Positions 36,022 through 45,135 of a stretch of DNA of 64,000 bases are shown here, in pieces; positions within the stretch are counted from its first letter, which is position 1; every line of letters starts with the position of its first letter. The position numbers and the translations under genes are program-made. The stretch is taken from IMG/VR virus record IMGVR_UViG_3300011008_000093; one strand, 5' to 3'. The notes under the pieces were generated by a model. That model did not search any database, was not told where the DNA came from, and saw only the letters and a program-made list of their open reading frames with translations. Source of the stretch: an uncultured virus (IMG/VR IMGVR_UViG_3300011008_000093) (Duplodnaviria; Heunggongvirae; Uroviricota; Caudoviricetes).

Positions 36022-37038
36022 TTATTCATCGGTAAACAATGCGTCGATTTCACTGGTAGTAGCAAGACCAAGGTCGCTGGTCTCCACATAACCAGAGAGA
36101 TCCATGGTAGACCCAAGCTCTTCCCACGCACTGCCGTTCCATGCGTATTCGCCATTGTCAGCCGTAACATGCCAAACATCGCCGGTTGTATTCCCGGAAC
36201 TTGGCAGGGCGGAAACAGTGGCCTTTGTGCCTTTCCAATGCAGCAGACCGGACACTTTAGCGTCTACCTCCGATTTGGTGTAAACATCTGCGCTGTTTGC
36301 TTTCCCTGACACAGCGGATTGAACAAAAGCAGTGTTGGCGATCTGCGTCGTATTGGTTCCGGCGCTTGCGGTTGGAGCGGTAGGAGTTCCGGTCAGAGCA
36401 GGACTTGCCAAGGGCGCACGACTGGTATCCGTAGGATGCACATGGTCGCCTCTTGCAAAAGCCAGCTCAGAACCGGTTGCCGCCGTACCATCCATGGCCG
36501 GTGTTGTTGTAGAGGCTGCGGCACCTTCCGGAATATCATTTGTAGTAATAAAACCGCTGTCGTTTGTAAGATCAGATGTGGCCGTCGGTACCGTAATGTT
36601 TACAGCCTTACTGGAAGGTGTCAAAGCAGTGTTATTCACCTTCACGGTCTCAATCACATTTGCTTCTGCCCCAGATGCAATCCCAGACAGCTTCGTCTTT
36701 TCCGCAGCCGTAAAATTGCTGTCGGTGTGAACATAGCTGGCATCCGCCACAAAGTTGCCGTCATTGGTAAGATCAGTCATTGCGGTAGGAACAGAAATGT
36801 TGACAATCTTATTGGTAGGTGTGATGCTGGTTCCATTCTTCTGGATACCCTCAATCACGTTGACCTGAGCGCCAGACGAAACCCCAGCCAACTTTGTCTT
36901 CTCTGTCGCTGTATAGTCATTACTTGATAGTCCCTTGCCGTTTTCTTTGTCTACCTTGGTGGCAAACAGCAAATCCAGTTTTGACTTGAAGTACGACAAC
37001 AGATCAAGATCAATTAGTTTTTCAAAATTTACGGACAT
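36022..37038 (-). CDS. Fibre / head-decoration-like structural protein
   Basis: KVDKENGKGLSSNDYT..EKTKL, SPALTGTPTAPT fibre motifs. Confidence 0.7.
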   Translation of the reverse strand: MSVNFEKLIDLDLLSYFKSKLDLLFATKVDKENGKGLSSNDYTATEKTKLAGVSSGAQVNVIEGIQKNGTSITPTNKIVNISVPTAMTDLTNDGNFVADASYVHTDSNFTAAEKTKLSGIASGAEANVIETVKVNNTALTPSSKAVNITVPTATSDLTNDSGFITTNDIPEGAAASTTTPAMDGTAATGSELAFARGDHVHPTDTSRAPLASPALTGTPTAPTASAGTNTTQIANTAFVQSAVSGKANSADVYTKSEVDAKVSGLLHWKGTKATVSALPSSGNTTGDVWHVTADNGEYAWNGSAWEELGSTMDLSGYVETSDLGLATTSEIDALFTDE

Positions 37039-37051
37039 CAAAAGACCTCCT

Positions 37052-37333
37052 TTAGAATAAATTGTTAATATCACTGGAGGATGCCAGACTGTAACTTACA
37101 GGATTCACAGTGACATTCTCAATCATATATTTTTGTTTTGTTGCGAGAATTTGCTCGTCAAAAGTTGGCTGTGCAGTATAAGGTCCATCATAGGCCTTTG
37201 TAGTGAAGTCGCTTGGTCCGATTTCCACGGAGCCATCTATTGTATGGCTGCTCAGATCCGTCAACTCTCCGACCATGCTATACACTTGTGATAATTCTCC
37301 GGAAATATAACCGTCTACTTCTCTAATGTCCAT
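37052..37333 (-). CDS. Small structural protein
   Basis: YDGPY...P...Q.L.T.....ENVTV.PV. Confidence 0.6.
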   Translation of the reverse strand: MDIREVDGYISGELSQVYSMVGELTDLSSHTIDGSVEIGPSDFTTKAYDGPYTAQPTFDEQILATKQKYMIENVTVNPVSYSLASSSDINNLF

Positions 37334-37362
37334 AGTTCTACCTCATTTTAAGAAGTATTCAA

Positions 37363-37725
37363 TCAGTCCACTTCTTTTGTTAAATGCAATTCACCTTCAA
37401 TAAACGTATCAACAGTACCGTCCATGAACGTGATTTGAACATCAAAAGCGTAATTTCCAAACCCCAAGTGTTTTGTATCTTCCGGGTCCAACTGAAGAAG
37501 GAGCGTATCATACGGAATATCTTTTTTAATTACAGGCGTTTCATCCATGTAATCGGTTTTTGTCTTGTTGAAAACATTATGCTTAGCAGCAAATCGTATC
37601 GTATCACCCAATTGAGGCGTATATTCTGCATCATCTACGATTACTCCAACTTTCAGTCGAAGCGTATCTCCGCGAGTCAAAGTAATGGCATAATATTGCT
37701 TTTTTATTTTTTTAACTTTAAACAA
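37363..37725 (-). CDS. BppU-like baseplate protein
   Basis: ITLTRGDT...L.PEDTK.L.FG.Y.FDVQ...G.VDT. Confidence 0.65.
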   Translation of the reverse strand: MFKVKKIKKQYYAITLTRGDTLRLKVGVIVDDAEYTPQLGDTIRFAAKHNVFNKTKTDYMDETPVIKKDIPYDTLLLQLDPEDTKHLGFGNYAFDVQITFMDGTVDTFIEGELHLTKEVD

Positions 37726-37761
37726 TATTGATCACCCCTTCCTTCACAGGAAAAATCACTC

Positions 37762-38073
37762 TTAAGTAATTACTTCCCACCGGCGAACTTCGTCATAAAT
37801 ATCATCGATAAAGGAATTGCCTACCAAGGCTTTATAAGCTTTGTACTCATAAATGAAATTTTCCTTTTCATGCTGCCGAATCTTTTTGTCATCTTTATTC
37901 TTATAATAAACACGGAGCATGTCAGCCCGGAGCAGACATCGCTGTCCTTCGCGAATGTCCTTGGTTCCGAGCACATGCTCCCTGAGCGGTTTGACAATCA
38001 GAATCAGTGCAGCAAAAATAGAACATATTCCGCTGCAGATCGTAACCACATGAGCAAACAATGACATCTTCAT
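37762..38073 (-). CDS. Holin-like membrane protein
   Basis: N-terminal TM; LLR...Y.AY.AL.GN. Confidence 0.55.
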   Translation of the reverse strand: MKMSLFAHVVTICSGICSIFAALILIVKPLREHVLGTKDIREGQRCLLRADMLRVYYKNKDDKKIRQHEKENFIYEYKAYKALVGNSFIDDIYDEVRRWEVIT

Positions 38074-38411
38074 CAACCTCCCTTGTTTTCTGAGTTGACG
38101 GTTCGTGCCATCGTGCAAAGCTGATCGATCATCATGCTGATTTTGTCCCATTCCAGATCCGTAATATCATAATCGATTTGGCTTGCGCTGGTACGGATCA
38201 TCCCCAATACCCACTCTTTTCGTGTGGCGTTATCCTCAATTTTCACCTCAGCTTGCGCCATATATTCCGCAGCCATTCCAACAATCTTGTTCCAGTTGCC
38301 TTTTCGGACGGTTTCTCTGGTAACCTGGATCAGTTTAATGACAAGCGGAATACAGACGATCAGTCCGGATAAAATAGACGCAATCAAGTTCCAGACCTCC
38401 ATAACCAACAC
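38073..38411 (-). CDS. Holin-like protein (LL-H type)
   Basis: N-terminal TM, AE...RKEWV. Confidence 0.55.
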   Translation of the reverse strand: MLVMEVWNLIASILSGLIVCIPLVIKLIQVTRETVRKGNWNKIVGMAAEYMAQAEVKIEDNATRKEWVLGMIRTSASQIDYDITDLEWDKISMMIDQLCTMARTVNSENKGG

Positions 38412-38414
38412 CCC

Positions 38415-38750
38415 TTATTTCAGCCCCAGGCCGTCATCTTCATCTGACTTGTCGGGCCATGTATTATGCTTGCTCAGATTCTCGATCAGAGATTTCAGGG
38501 CATAAACAAGCACCACCCCGACAATCTCTGTCACGGCAACCTGAGACAGACTTTCTGCAATTTGCAGTTTATCCAGAGCAGCTAAAATATAACTGCACCA
38601 GACCCACAGAATTCCGTTGATCAAACAAACCCAGACGATCTTCTTTGTGGTCGTCACCCAATCCGAATGGACCGGGAGCGGCTCATGTTCTTCTTCCGGA
38701 CTCTCGTCGTATGTATCATCGCGCATGTTCTCTTCATACTCCGGCTCCAT
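38415..38750 (-). CDS. Two-TM membrane protein
   Basis: Two hydrophobic helices; YALKS..EN. Confidence 0.6.
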   Translation of the reverse strand: MEPEYEENMRDDTYDESPEEEHEPLPVHSDWVTTTKKIVWVCLINGILWVWCSYILAALDKLQIAESLSQVAVTEIVGVVLVYALKSLIENLSKHNTWPDKSDEDDGLGLK

Positions 38751-38850
38751 ACGGACCCCTCCCCTCTTTTATGATTTTCAAACCATTTTGAATTTCCAGA
38801 AAAACAACATAAAAAGCGTACCACGGTTTTCTGTCACCCGCGTACGCTTT

Positions 38851-39222
38851 TTAATCTTCCAGCATCCAGTCCACAGCCAGGATCTCTTCTCCGGTCAGAA
38901 CGCCGATGGCGTCCTCATACTTTGCCGTCATCAAATCTACTTCATGCTCAATCGTGCTGAAAGGCTCGATGGCGTCGCAGAAAGATTTGAATTCTGGGGT
39001 CCCCAACTTGATCATCTTGGCCGGTGCGCCGGACTCGTTGACCGTATCTGTCCCATAACGCTCGATCAGGTCCCTGCGGATCTGTTCAAACTCCACCAGC
39101 TGATCCCGCAGCATCCGGGTGTTTCTGGCCGCCACGTAGCCGATTTTGTTCCGCTGGCTCAACAGCGGCTGCAGCTGCGTGATCATTTCGATCATCTGCT
39201 GATTCTGCAGCATTTGTTTCAT
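38851..39222 (-). CDS. Hypothetical tail-associated protein
   Basis: IGYVAARN...LIERYG; RBS. Confidence 0.65.
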   Translation of the reverse strand: MKQMLQNQQMIEMITQLQPLLSQRNKIGYVAARNTRMLRDQLVEFEQIRRDLIERYGTDTVNESGAPAKMIKLGTPEFKSFCDAIEPFSTIEHEVDLMTAKYEDAIGVLTGEEILAVDWMLED

Positions 39223-39254
39223 AGTGACTGATTCCTTTCTAAAAAATACAAATA

Positions 39255-42167
39255 TTACCCAAATGTAGCGTTTATACCAGTTACAACAGCATTACCAAAA
39301 TGCCATGTGCCTTGCGCCCATACGTGGCCTATGTTTGAGTCGGCCGTCGCTCTCAAAAATGCGGTGCCTCCAGAATAAAGCAGAATGCCACCATCTATAA
39401 AATCCGCGTTAACTCCAAAGGCGCATGCTGGTGATGTTACAGAAGTTACAGGAGAGGGTGGTGATCCATTGCCACTATTTCCATACACCAAAGACGCTAT
39501 CCCGGCGGCCGAGATGGTATTTAAAGTTAAACTCGTTCTTTGATCATCGTCCCAATATGTTCCGCTTGTTATTGTTCCAGTATATACAAAATCAGCATTA
39601 AGTCTATCAGCCACAACAGTTCCGGTCTTCAAATATCCGCCATCGATTACAGTTACAGACTGTCCATTACGCATTTCCTCGTCAAATAAATTACTTAAAA
39701 ATACGGTTGTACCCTGAATCAATATATTATCTGCTGATAATTTGATCTCAGAGAGAGTAGAATAATTACTACCATCTGCGTTGTGACCGGCCTTGGTAAA
39801 AGTAATTGTCGCTCCGTCAACGCCAATGGTGTATGTAGGTAAATCTAAAACACCTTCAGCAAATTTATATGTTAATATATTATTATTAGCATCATATGTT
39901 TTAGAAGTTACCTCCAACATACTGGTCCCATTAGGAAGTAAAAAATCCTGAGCCTGTACGGTCCCTTTGAAACTCCCACTGGCCGCCACCAATGTTCCGG
40001 CAAAGATACCATCTCCGGCAATGAGCCGCCCCTGGTCATTTACTTCGAACATGTAATGGGTATTAAAAACAGATTCGTCACCGGTTTCTCCGCTTCTGAT
40101 AGCCCCAAGCCCGATGAACCCGTGTTTCATCGTCAAATTTCCGCTGGTCAAATCAAAAATCACGTTACTGTCACTGGACATGTTCATGATCTTGACTGTC
40201 ACCGTGCCTTTTGAATACGCATCCTCTGGAACTGTCAATTGAACTACAAGATGAGTCGGAGGATTGGAATCGTTGACTGACATTTGAGAAGGAACCGTCA
40301 AAGTATAGGAATCTGCGGCAGATAGTCCGTTTCTTGTGGATACAACACGGTCATTTACTATACGCTCCCAAACAGTTTTTACGAATTGGATTTCCTCTGA
40401 ATTGTCCTGTTGAGTATTGGTAATATAAACGCCGATCGTGTCGCCGGCTTTAAAGTTGACAGTTTGTTCATCCTCATCCATCGCCGGAATAATGGCGATT
40501 TGACAGGAGGACACCGCGGTCGCTTTTCCCGAAACCTCATAAGTTCCTTTACCCTTATATGTGACACCGGCACTTATCGTATCATCAACAATGTCCCCAT
40601 AGGTCGACAGCAAATCGGTGGGTGTCGACCCATGTCCAATATCCTGCAAGATCCCTGCCCGGATACGGTCCGCGGTCATGACTCCGGTAGTGATAAAGTC
40701 CGCCACGATGGACCCATCCATGGTGATAGCCAACTTATACAAATGCTGATGCGTAGTGCTGTCCCAATAGGGAGAATCCTCTCCTCCGGTCTTATCCATA
40801 TAACCAAGACCGCCCATATTCCAAATCCAATAACGATCCCCGGGTCCGATTTCGTCTTCGTCACTCCAGGGCGCTTCGGAAATATAGATAGCATCGGATT
40901 CACTGCTGTCATCATCTATAAACTCGATACCGTCATTTTCGTTTTCATCGTGCCAACGAATAGTGATATGACCTTTTCCGGCATTGTTGATAATGGCCGT
41001 GGAATTTCGTCTGGCCTCCGTCAAAACGCTGTTCGGAATCTTATCGATTCGACTCAGGATCTTGGAATTGATCTTATTGTTTACCGCGGTCAGACTGGTC
41101 TTGATGCTTCCTCCCAATTGGAAAGTCGCTTTTTCCGGACTGTCCAGAGGAATTTTCAACTGCACCACCGGAAATGTTTTATCAATCCCAAGCCCATGAG
41201 GACCTGACACCACCTGCACTTTATCAAGAAGATTAATTGGTGTCATATCTGGGTTCAGATAGTGCAGATCCAAAGCGCTCATTTCCAACACCATTTCATC
41301 AAACTGGGTGTCACCCAAATATAGCGTTGCTTTCGTAAAAAGCGAAGACGGATCCTCCTCATCACTCCATTCCACGGTTTTTGCGATCCGCCCATAGGTG
41401 TCAAGGATCTCCTGACTGGCGGTCACATATATGGAGTTGTTGTTAACCTCAGCTACAGTCACATACTCATCCAAATCACTTTCAGACTTACTGTTGTTGA
41501 TCCTTGCGCCCAGAGGAACGATAACCGTAGCATACTCGCTCATGTCCCAGGACCTGGTAAAATCCAGAAGGTTGGCACCGAATTCAATCCGTTGTTCCGA
41601 AACTCCCGGATAGGTATCCAAATAATCAATGGTCCGGACTCCGTTCACATGCCGGATTCGGATATGGCCTCCATAGGTTTCGATCAGGTTGTTGATTGAA
41701 GCCATTGTTTTATCGTAATTGGTATAAAATACATGGTTATCAGAAGTCGCACCCGTCACAGTTACCTGACCTACTGTAAAACGTCGATCATCCGTAACCT
41801 GACTGTTATGATTACTGATCAGTTCCCTGAATATACTGTTTATTGTCGTTTCGAATTTTTTAGGAGGCTGAACGCTATCATTGAAAAATGCTAGTTCCCC
41901 TTCACAATATAAGACTCTATTATTCCAGAAATCTTTACTTTCTGTCAAAACCCGACCCATCCAGATCTGGTTTTTCTCTTTCTTGACAACAATATCTGTG
42001 ATAAGCCGCTGAATTGACTCGTACCCAACGTTGTTAGGCGGCAAAGACATTGTCAAGGATCCCGCCGCATTGTCCCCCATCGTCAACTCCGGATTATTTA
42101 CTTTTAAATCCGGAGACGGATCAGCATCATTATAAATGCAAATATCATCCGCGTAGATCGTGTACAT
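39255..42167 (-). CDS. Tal / tail spike (prophage endopeptidase-tail) protein
   Basis: CEGELAFFNDS, IEFGANLLD, TVIVPLGA, AITMDGSIVADFITTG; position in tail module. Confidence 0.8.
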   Translation of the reverse strand: MYTIYADDICIYNDADPSPDLKVNNPELTMGDNAAGSLTMSLPPNNVGYESIQRLITDIVVKKEKNQIWMGRVLTESKDFWNNRVLYCEGELAFFNDSVQPPKKFETTINSIFRELISNHNSQVTDDRRFTVGQVTVTGATSDNHVFYTNYDKTMASINNLIETYGGHIRIRHVNGVRTIDYLDTYPGVSEQRIEFGANLLDFTRSWDMSEYATVIVPLGARINNSKSESDLDEYVTVAEVNNNSIYVTASQEILDTYGRIAKTVEWSDEEDPSSLFTKATLYLGDTQFDEMVLEMSALDLHYLNPDMTPINLLDKVQVVSGPHGLGIDKTFPVVQLKIPLDSPEKATFQLGGSIKTSLTAVNNKINSKILSRIDKIPNSVLTEARRNSTAIINNAGKGHITIRWHDENENDGIEFIDDDSSESDAIYISEAPWSDEDEIGPGDRYWIWNMGGLGYMDKTGGEDSPYWDSTTHQHLYKLAITMDGSIVADFITTGVMTADRIRAGILQDIGHGSTPTDLLSTYGDIVDDTISAGVTYKGKGTYEVSGKATAVSSCQIAIIPAMDEDEQTVNFKAGDTIGVYITNTQQDNSEEIQFVKTVWERIVNDRVVSTRNGLSAADSYTLTVPSQMSVNDSNPPTHLVVQLTVPEDAYSKGTVTVKIMNMSSDSNVIFDLTSGNLTMKHGFIGLGAIRSGETGDESVFNTHYMFEVNDQGRLIAGDGIFAGTLVAASGSFKGTVQAQDFLLPNGTSMLEVTSKTYDANNNILTYKFAEGVLDLPTYTIGVDGATITFTKAGHNADGSNYSTLSEIKLSADNILIQGTTVFLSNLFDEEMRNGQSVTVIDGGYLKTGTVVADRLNADFVYTGTITSGTYWDDDQRTSLTLNTISAAGIASLVYGNSGNGSPPSPVTSVTSPACAFGVNADFIDGGILLYSGGTAFLRATADSNIGHVWAQGTWHFGNAVVTGINATFG

Positions 42168-42196
42168 GATTCATAGCCTCCTTTCTGTTGAATATT

Positions 42197-44293
42197 TTAT
42201 ACCGCCGTCTCGGCGGCGTAGGTCCCCGCTCCCGTGACGGGCAGGGTGATCGTCAGTTCGTTCGTCGAAGCCATCTTGTGGGATTCCTCCGAGCTGGCCG
42301 GCGATGTGCCCGCGGCGAAGATAAACTCTGCGTCCGCCGCCATCTTGCCCAGCATCGCGGCAAAGGGCACATTCAGGGCAAGCCCCGCCGTGTTCTGGAT
42401 CGTCAGGGCCTGGGCTGCCGCTGCCGCCGTGGCGGACTTGGCAACTTCGAACCGCCGCGTGATCCGGGAATCGGAGAAGAACTCCGTGACGGTCAGCGCG
42501 GTGATCCCGGAACCCGGGTTGCTGACCGTGTACTGGTTCTGCATATAGTTCACTGGCCCGCCCCGGTAGAGGGCGAGCATATTGCCCGCTATGATCCCGT
42601 GGGCTGTGGCGGAGGGATGTATATGGTCGGAGTTGTACATGGACGCTGGGAACCAGCCCAGCATGGTATAGCACGGGATCCCCAGCTTCCGGATCTCCAG
42701 GGCGCAGTCCCGCAAATAGCTCAGCTGGTCGGCGTCCACGAAGATCTGGTTATTCAGACATACCACGATCCGCGCATTGGGGAAGCCCGTCTGCAGCCGG
42801 GTGATCAGCGAAGCCCAGGCCAGGGCCGCGTTCGCCGCCGTCCTGCCCGCCCGGTAATCGTTCAGGCCGCCCATAAGGAAAATCGTCGAGACCGTGTCGT
42901 GGACATAGGAGGTATCCTCGATGGCTGCCGCCACCTGTCCGCCGATGGTGCCGTTCGTGCTGTAATCGTCCGCGCCGTATACGGACGCGCCGTTCTTGGC
43001 ATAGTTTTTGATGTCCGACTTCACGGACTTGGCGAAGTACGTCGGCCACTTTGTCGCCCCGGATGTGGCCTCGTCCGCCCAGCTGTCGCCAAGGATCAGG
43101 ACCGTCTCCCCGTTGTCCGGCAGGTTCACCTGGTTGACGATGTTCCAGCTGCTCCAGGACGAGTTGTCCCCATAGCGGTAGGCGATGGTCGCGCCGGTCG
43201 CCGTGAGCCAGATCTGAATGAACCGGCTGGTATGGAAGGTCGTCGCCACGATCAGGCGGCCTGCCGCCGACACGGGAAGATTGGAGACCGTGGCCGCAAT
43301 GGATGCGGAGGCGATCTTGTAGTTGCCCGGCGTACGGTAGCTGTTGATGTCCGCGTCCTCCCCGATGGCGGTTGCATTCCCGGTCGCCAGGTCAAAGACT
43401 CTGGATAACCGGGATCCGACAATCGCAGCTTCCGCCGCCTTGCCACTAACAGAAAGCGTCGTATCGGGCTGAAGTGCCGTATACACGCCTCCACTTGTAA
43501 CGGGATTAGCGCTATTTTCCGTTGGTGTGGTGTCAAATGTTAATGCATCCTGTTTTCCGGCTAATACGGCCGCCACCGCCGCCACGTCCGCCCCCCTTGC
43601 GAACTCCGACCAGTCTTTCCAGCCGTTGGAATCGGAGGCCCGGAAATACACGCGGTTCGCATTCGTGTAAATGATCTGCAGCCGCGTGGTGCCGCCGACC
43701 AGCGCCTGTACCACCAGCCGATGTGCCTGGGTGGTGGGACAGTTGGTCATACCGCTGGCTTCGGAAGCGGAGGCGACGCGGTACACGCCGGGATCGGTCA
43801 GGTCGTTATAATCCGAACCGTCTTTCACTCTATCCACGTTGGTCAGCTTCCACGTGGAGGCCGCCAGGTTTGCAACTGCTGTGCCCGTGGCCGCTGCGTC
43901 CGCCGCCTTGCCACTAACAGAAAGCGTCGTATCGGGCTGAAGTGCCGTATACACGCCTCCGCTGATAACAGGGTTGACGCTGTTTGCTGTTGGTATGGTG
44001 TCAAATGTTAATGCGTCCTGTTTTCCGGCTACAGAAGCGGCTAGATCTGCAATAGCATTGTTTACAGTTGATGCATCAGCTTTACTGGATACTGTTTCGG
44101 ATGCCAAATCAGAATAATATTTTGCATTATTAGTATCACTGGCAGGCCCGCTTCCCTCGGGGCCAACAGCCCAATCATGAGCAGCTGAAGCTTCCGTGTT
44201 CATTTCACGCAATGCATCCACTATAGATTTGCGTACTTCTTCACCATACTGCGCATTCTGAATTGCCGATAATTCTATATCAATATTTGCCAC
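42197..44293 (-). CDS. Tail fibre with knob-like modules and an SGNH/GDSL hydrolase domain
   Basis: LGDSW, NYAKNGA, GGLND, DHIHPS; N-terminal A.YGEEVR.SI. Confidence 0.8.
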   Translation of the reverse strand: MANIDIELSAIQNAQYGEEVRKSIVDALREMNTEASAAHDWAVGPEGSGPASDTNNAKYYSDLASETVSSKADASTVNNAIADLAASVAGKQDALTFDTIPTANSVNPVISGGVYTALQPDTTLSVSGKAADAAATGTAVANLAASTWKLTNVDRVKDGSDYNDLTDPGVYRVASASEASGMTNCPTTQAHRLVVQALVGGTTRLQIIYTNANRVYFRASDSNGWKDWSEFARGADVAAVAAVLAGKQDALTFDTTPTENSANPVTSGGVYTALQPDTTLSVSGKAAEAAIVGSRLSRVFDLATGNATAIGEDADINSYRTPGNYKIASASIAATVSNLPVSAAGRLIVATTFHTSRFIQIWLTATGATIAYRYGDNSSWSSWNIVNQVNLPDNGETVLILGDSWADEATSGATKWPTYFAKSVKSDIKNYAKNGASVYGADDYSTNGTIGGQVAAAIEDTSYVHDTVSTIFLMGGLNDYRAGRTAANAALAWASLITRLQTGFPNARIVVCLNNQIFVDADQLSYLRDCALEIRKLGIPCYTMLGWFPASMYNSDHIHPSATAHGIIAGNMLALYRGGPVNYMQNQYTVSNPGSGITALTVTEFFSDSRITRRFEVAKSATAAAAAQALTIQNTAGLALNVPFAAMLGKMAADAEFIFAAGTSPASSEESHKMASTNELTITLPVTGAGTYAAETAV
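43431..44031. repeat. Direct repeat pair (43431-43563 and 43899-44031) within the fibre gene
   Basis: About 60 bp identical plus a second near-identical block; encodes GKQDALTFDT...GGVYTALQPDTTLSVSGKAA. Confidence 0.9.
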
Positions 44294-44315
44294 AGATGCA
44301 GCCTCCTTAAAAATA

Positions 44316-45134
44316 TCAAAGTCTTCCTGGTCTGAAATGGATAGCTAATACTGTCGTGTCGGATACTGTATCAGTTTTTGTATGCGCAGTGATTATAACC
44401 GGTTGTCTATCCATATACCAAGTTCCTCCAAATAATATTAATCCATCTACAACTTGATATAATAATTGCTCTTCATCTTCAGAAGATCCCTGTAATTCAA
44501 CTGTCGGCAACACTAATCCATCTGTGTCAGTCATAGTCAGAACAATACTCTGTCCAGTAACCATAAATTTGGGTTTTACCGGAGCCAAATCCGTATCAGT
44601 AGAAGAAAAATATAAATTCACAGGATTACTCGGGTCCATTGGAATTTCGATATTACCGAAAATACCGGACCGTATCACACCATCTACAAAACTGAACGGA
44701 TCCCACAACCAATTCGAATCCAAGCTGTCGTGAATTGCCCACTTGTAAGGACCCACGCTGTAATCGATCGTGATCTTCGACCAGTTTTTCTCCGATTTCC
44801 AGGAATTCACGGTAAAACGACCCTCATAATAATAATCGGGATCGTCTTCCAAAATTGCCTTCATCGTCCGGCCATGCAGATAATTCATAACATCTGAATA
44901 GGTGTTGTCCCATGTCTTATACCCATTCATAACTAAGAACTCAATAGAACCTGTTCGGTTCTGATAAACCGGATACCCGGTCAGAGAGGTTGAAAGATCG
45001 ATCAAACCATCCCCGCCGGGTATGTCCAGTGTCTTTACTTTTTGCACCGGTGGATTGAACAGCGGTCTGGTACTGGGGACCAGATGCCAATCATCCCACG
45101 TATTCTTGTCTCCGAATGTAATAGAGTGATACAT
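44316..45134 (-). CDS. Distal tail protein (Dit)
   Basis: Follows the tape measure; DIPGGDG.ID, LHG...LEDDP.YYY.GR. Confidence 0.8.
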   Translation of the reverse strand: MYHSITFGDKNTWDDWHLVPSTRPLFNPPVQKVKTLDIPGGDGLIDLSTSLTGYPVYQNRTGSIEFLVMNGYKTWDNTYSDVMNYLHGRTMKAILEDDPDYYYEGRFTVNSWKSEKNWSKITIDYSVGPYKWAIHDSLDSNWLWDPFSFVDGVIRSGIFGNIEIPMDPSNPVNLYFSSTDTDLAPVKPKFMVTGQSIVLTMTDTDGLVLPTVELQGSSEDEEQLLYQVVDGLILFGGTWYMDRQPVIITAHTKTDTVSDTTVLAIHFRPGRL

Positions 45135-45135
45135 A

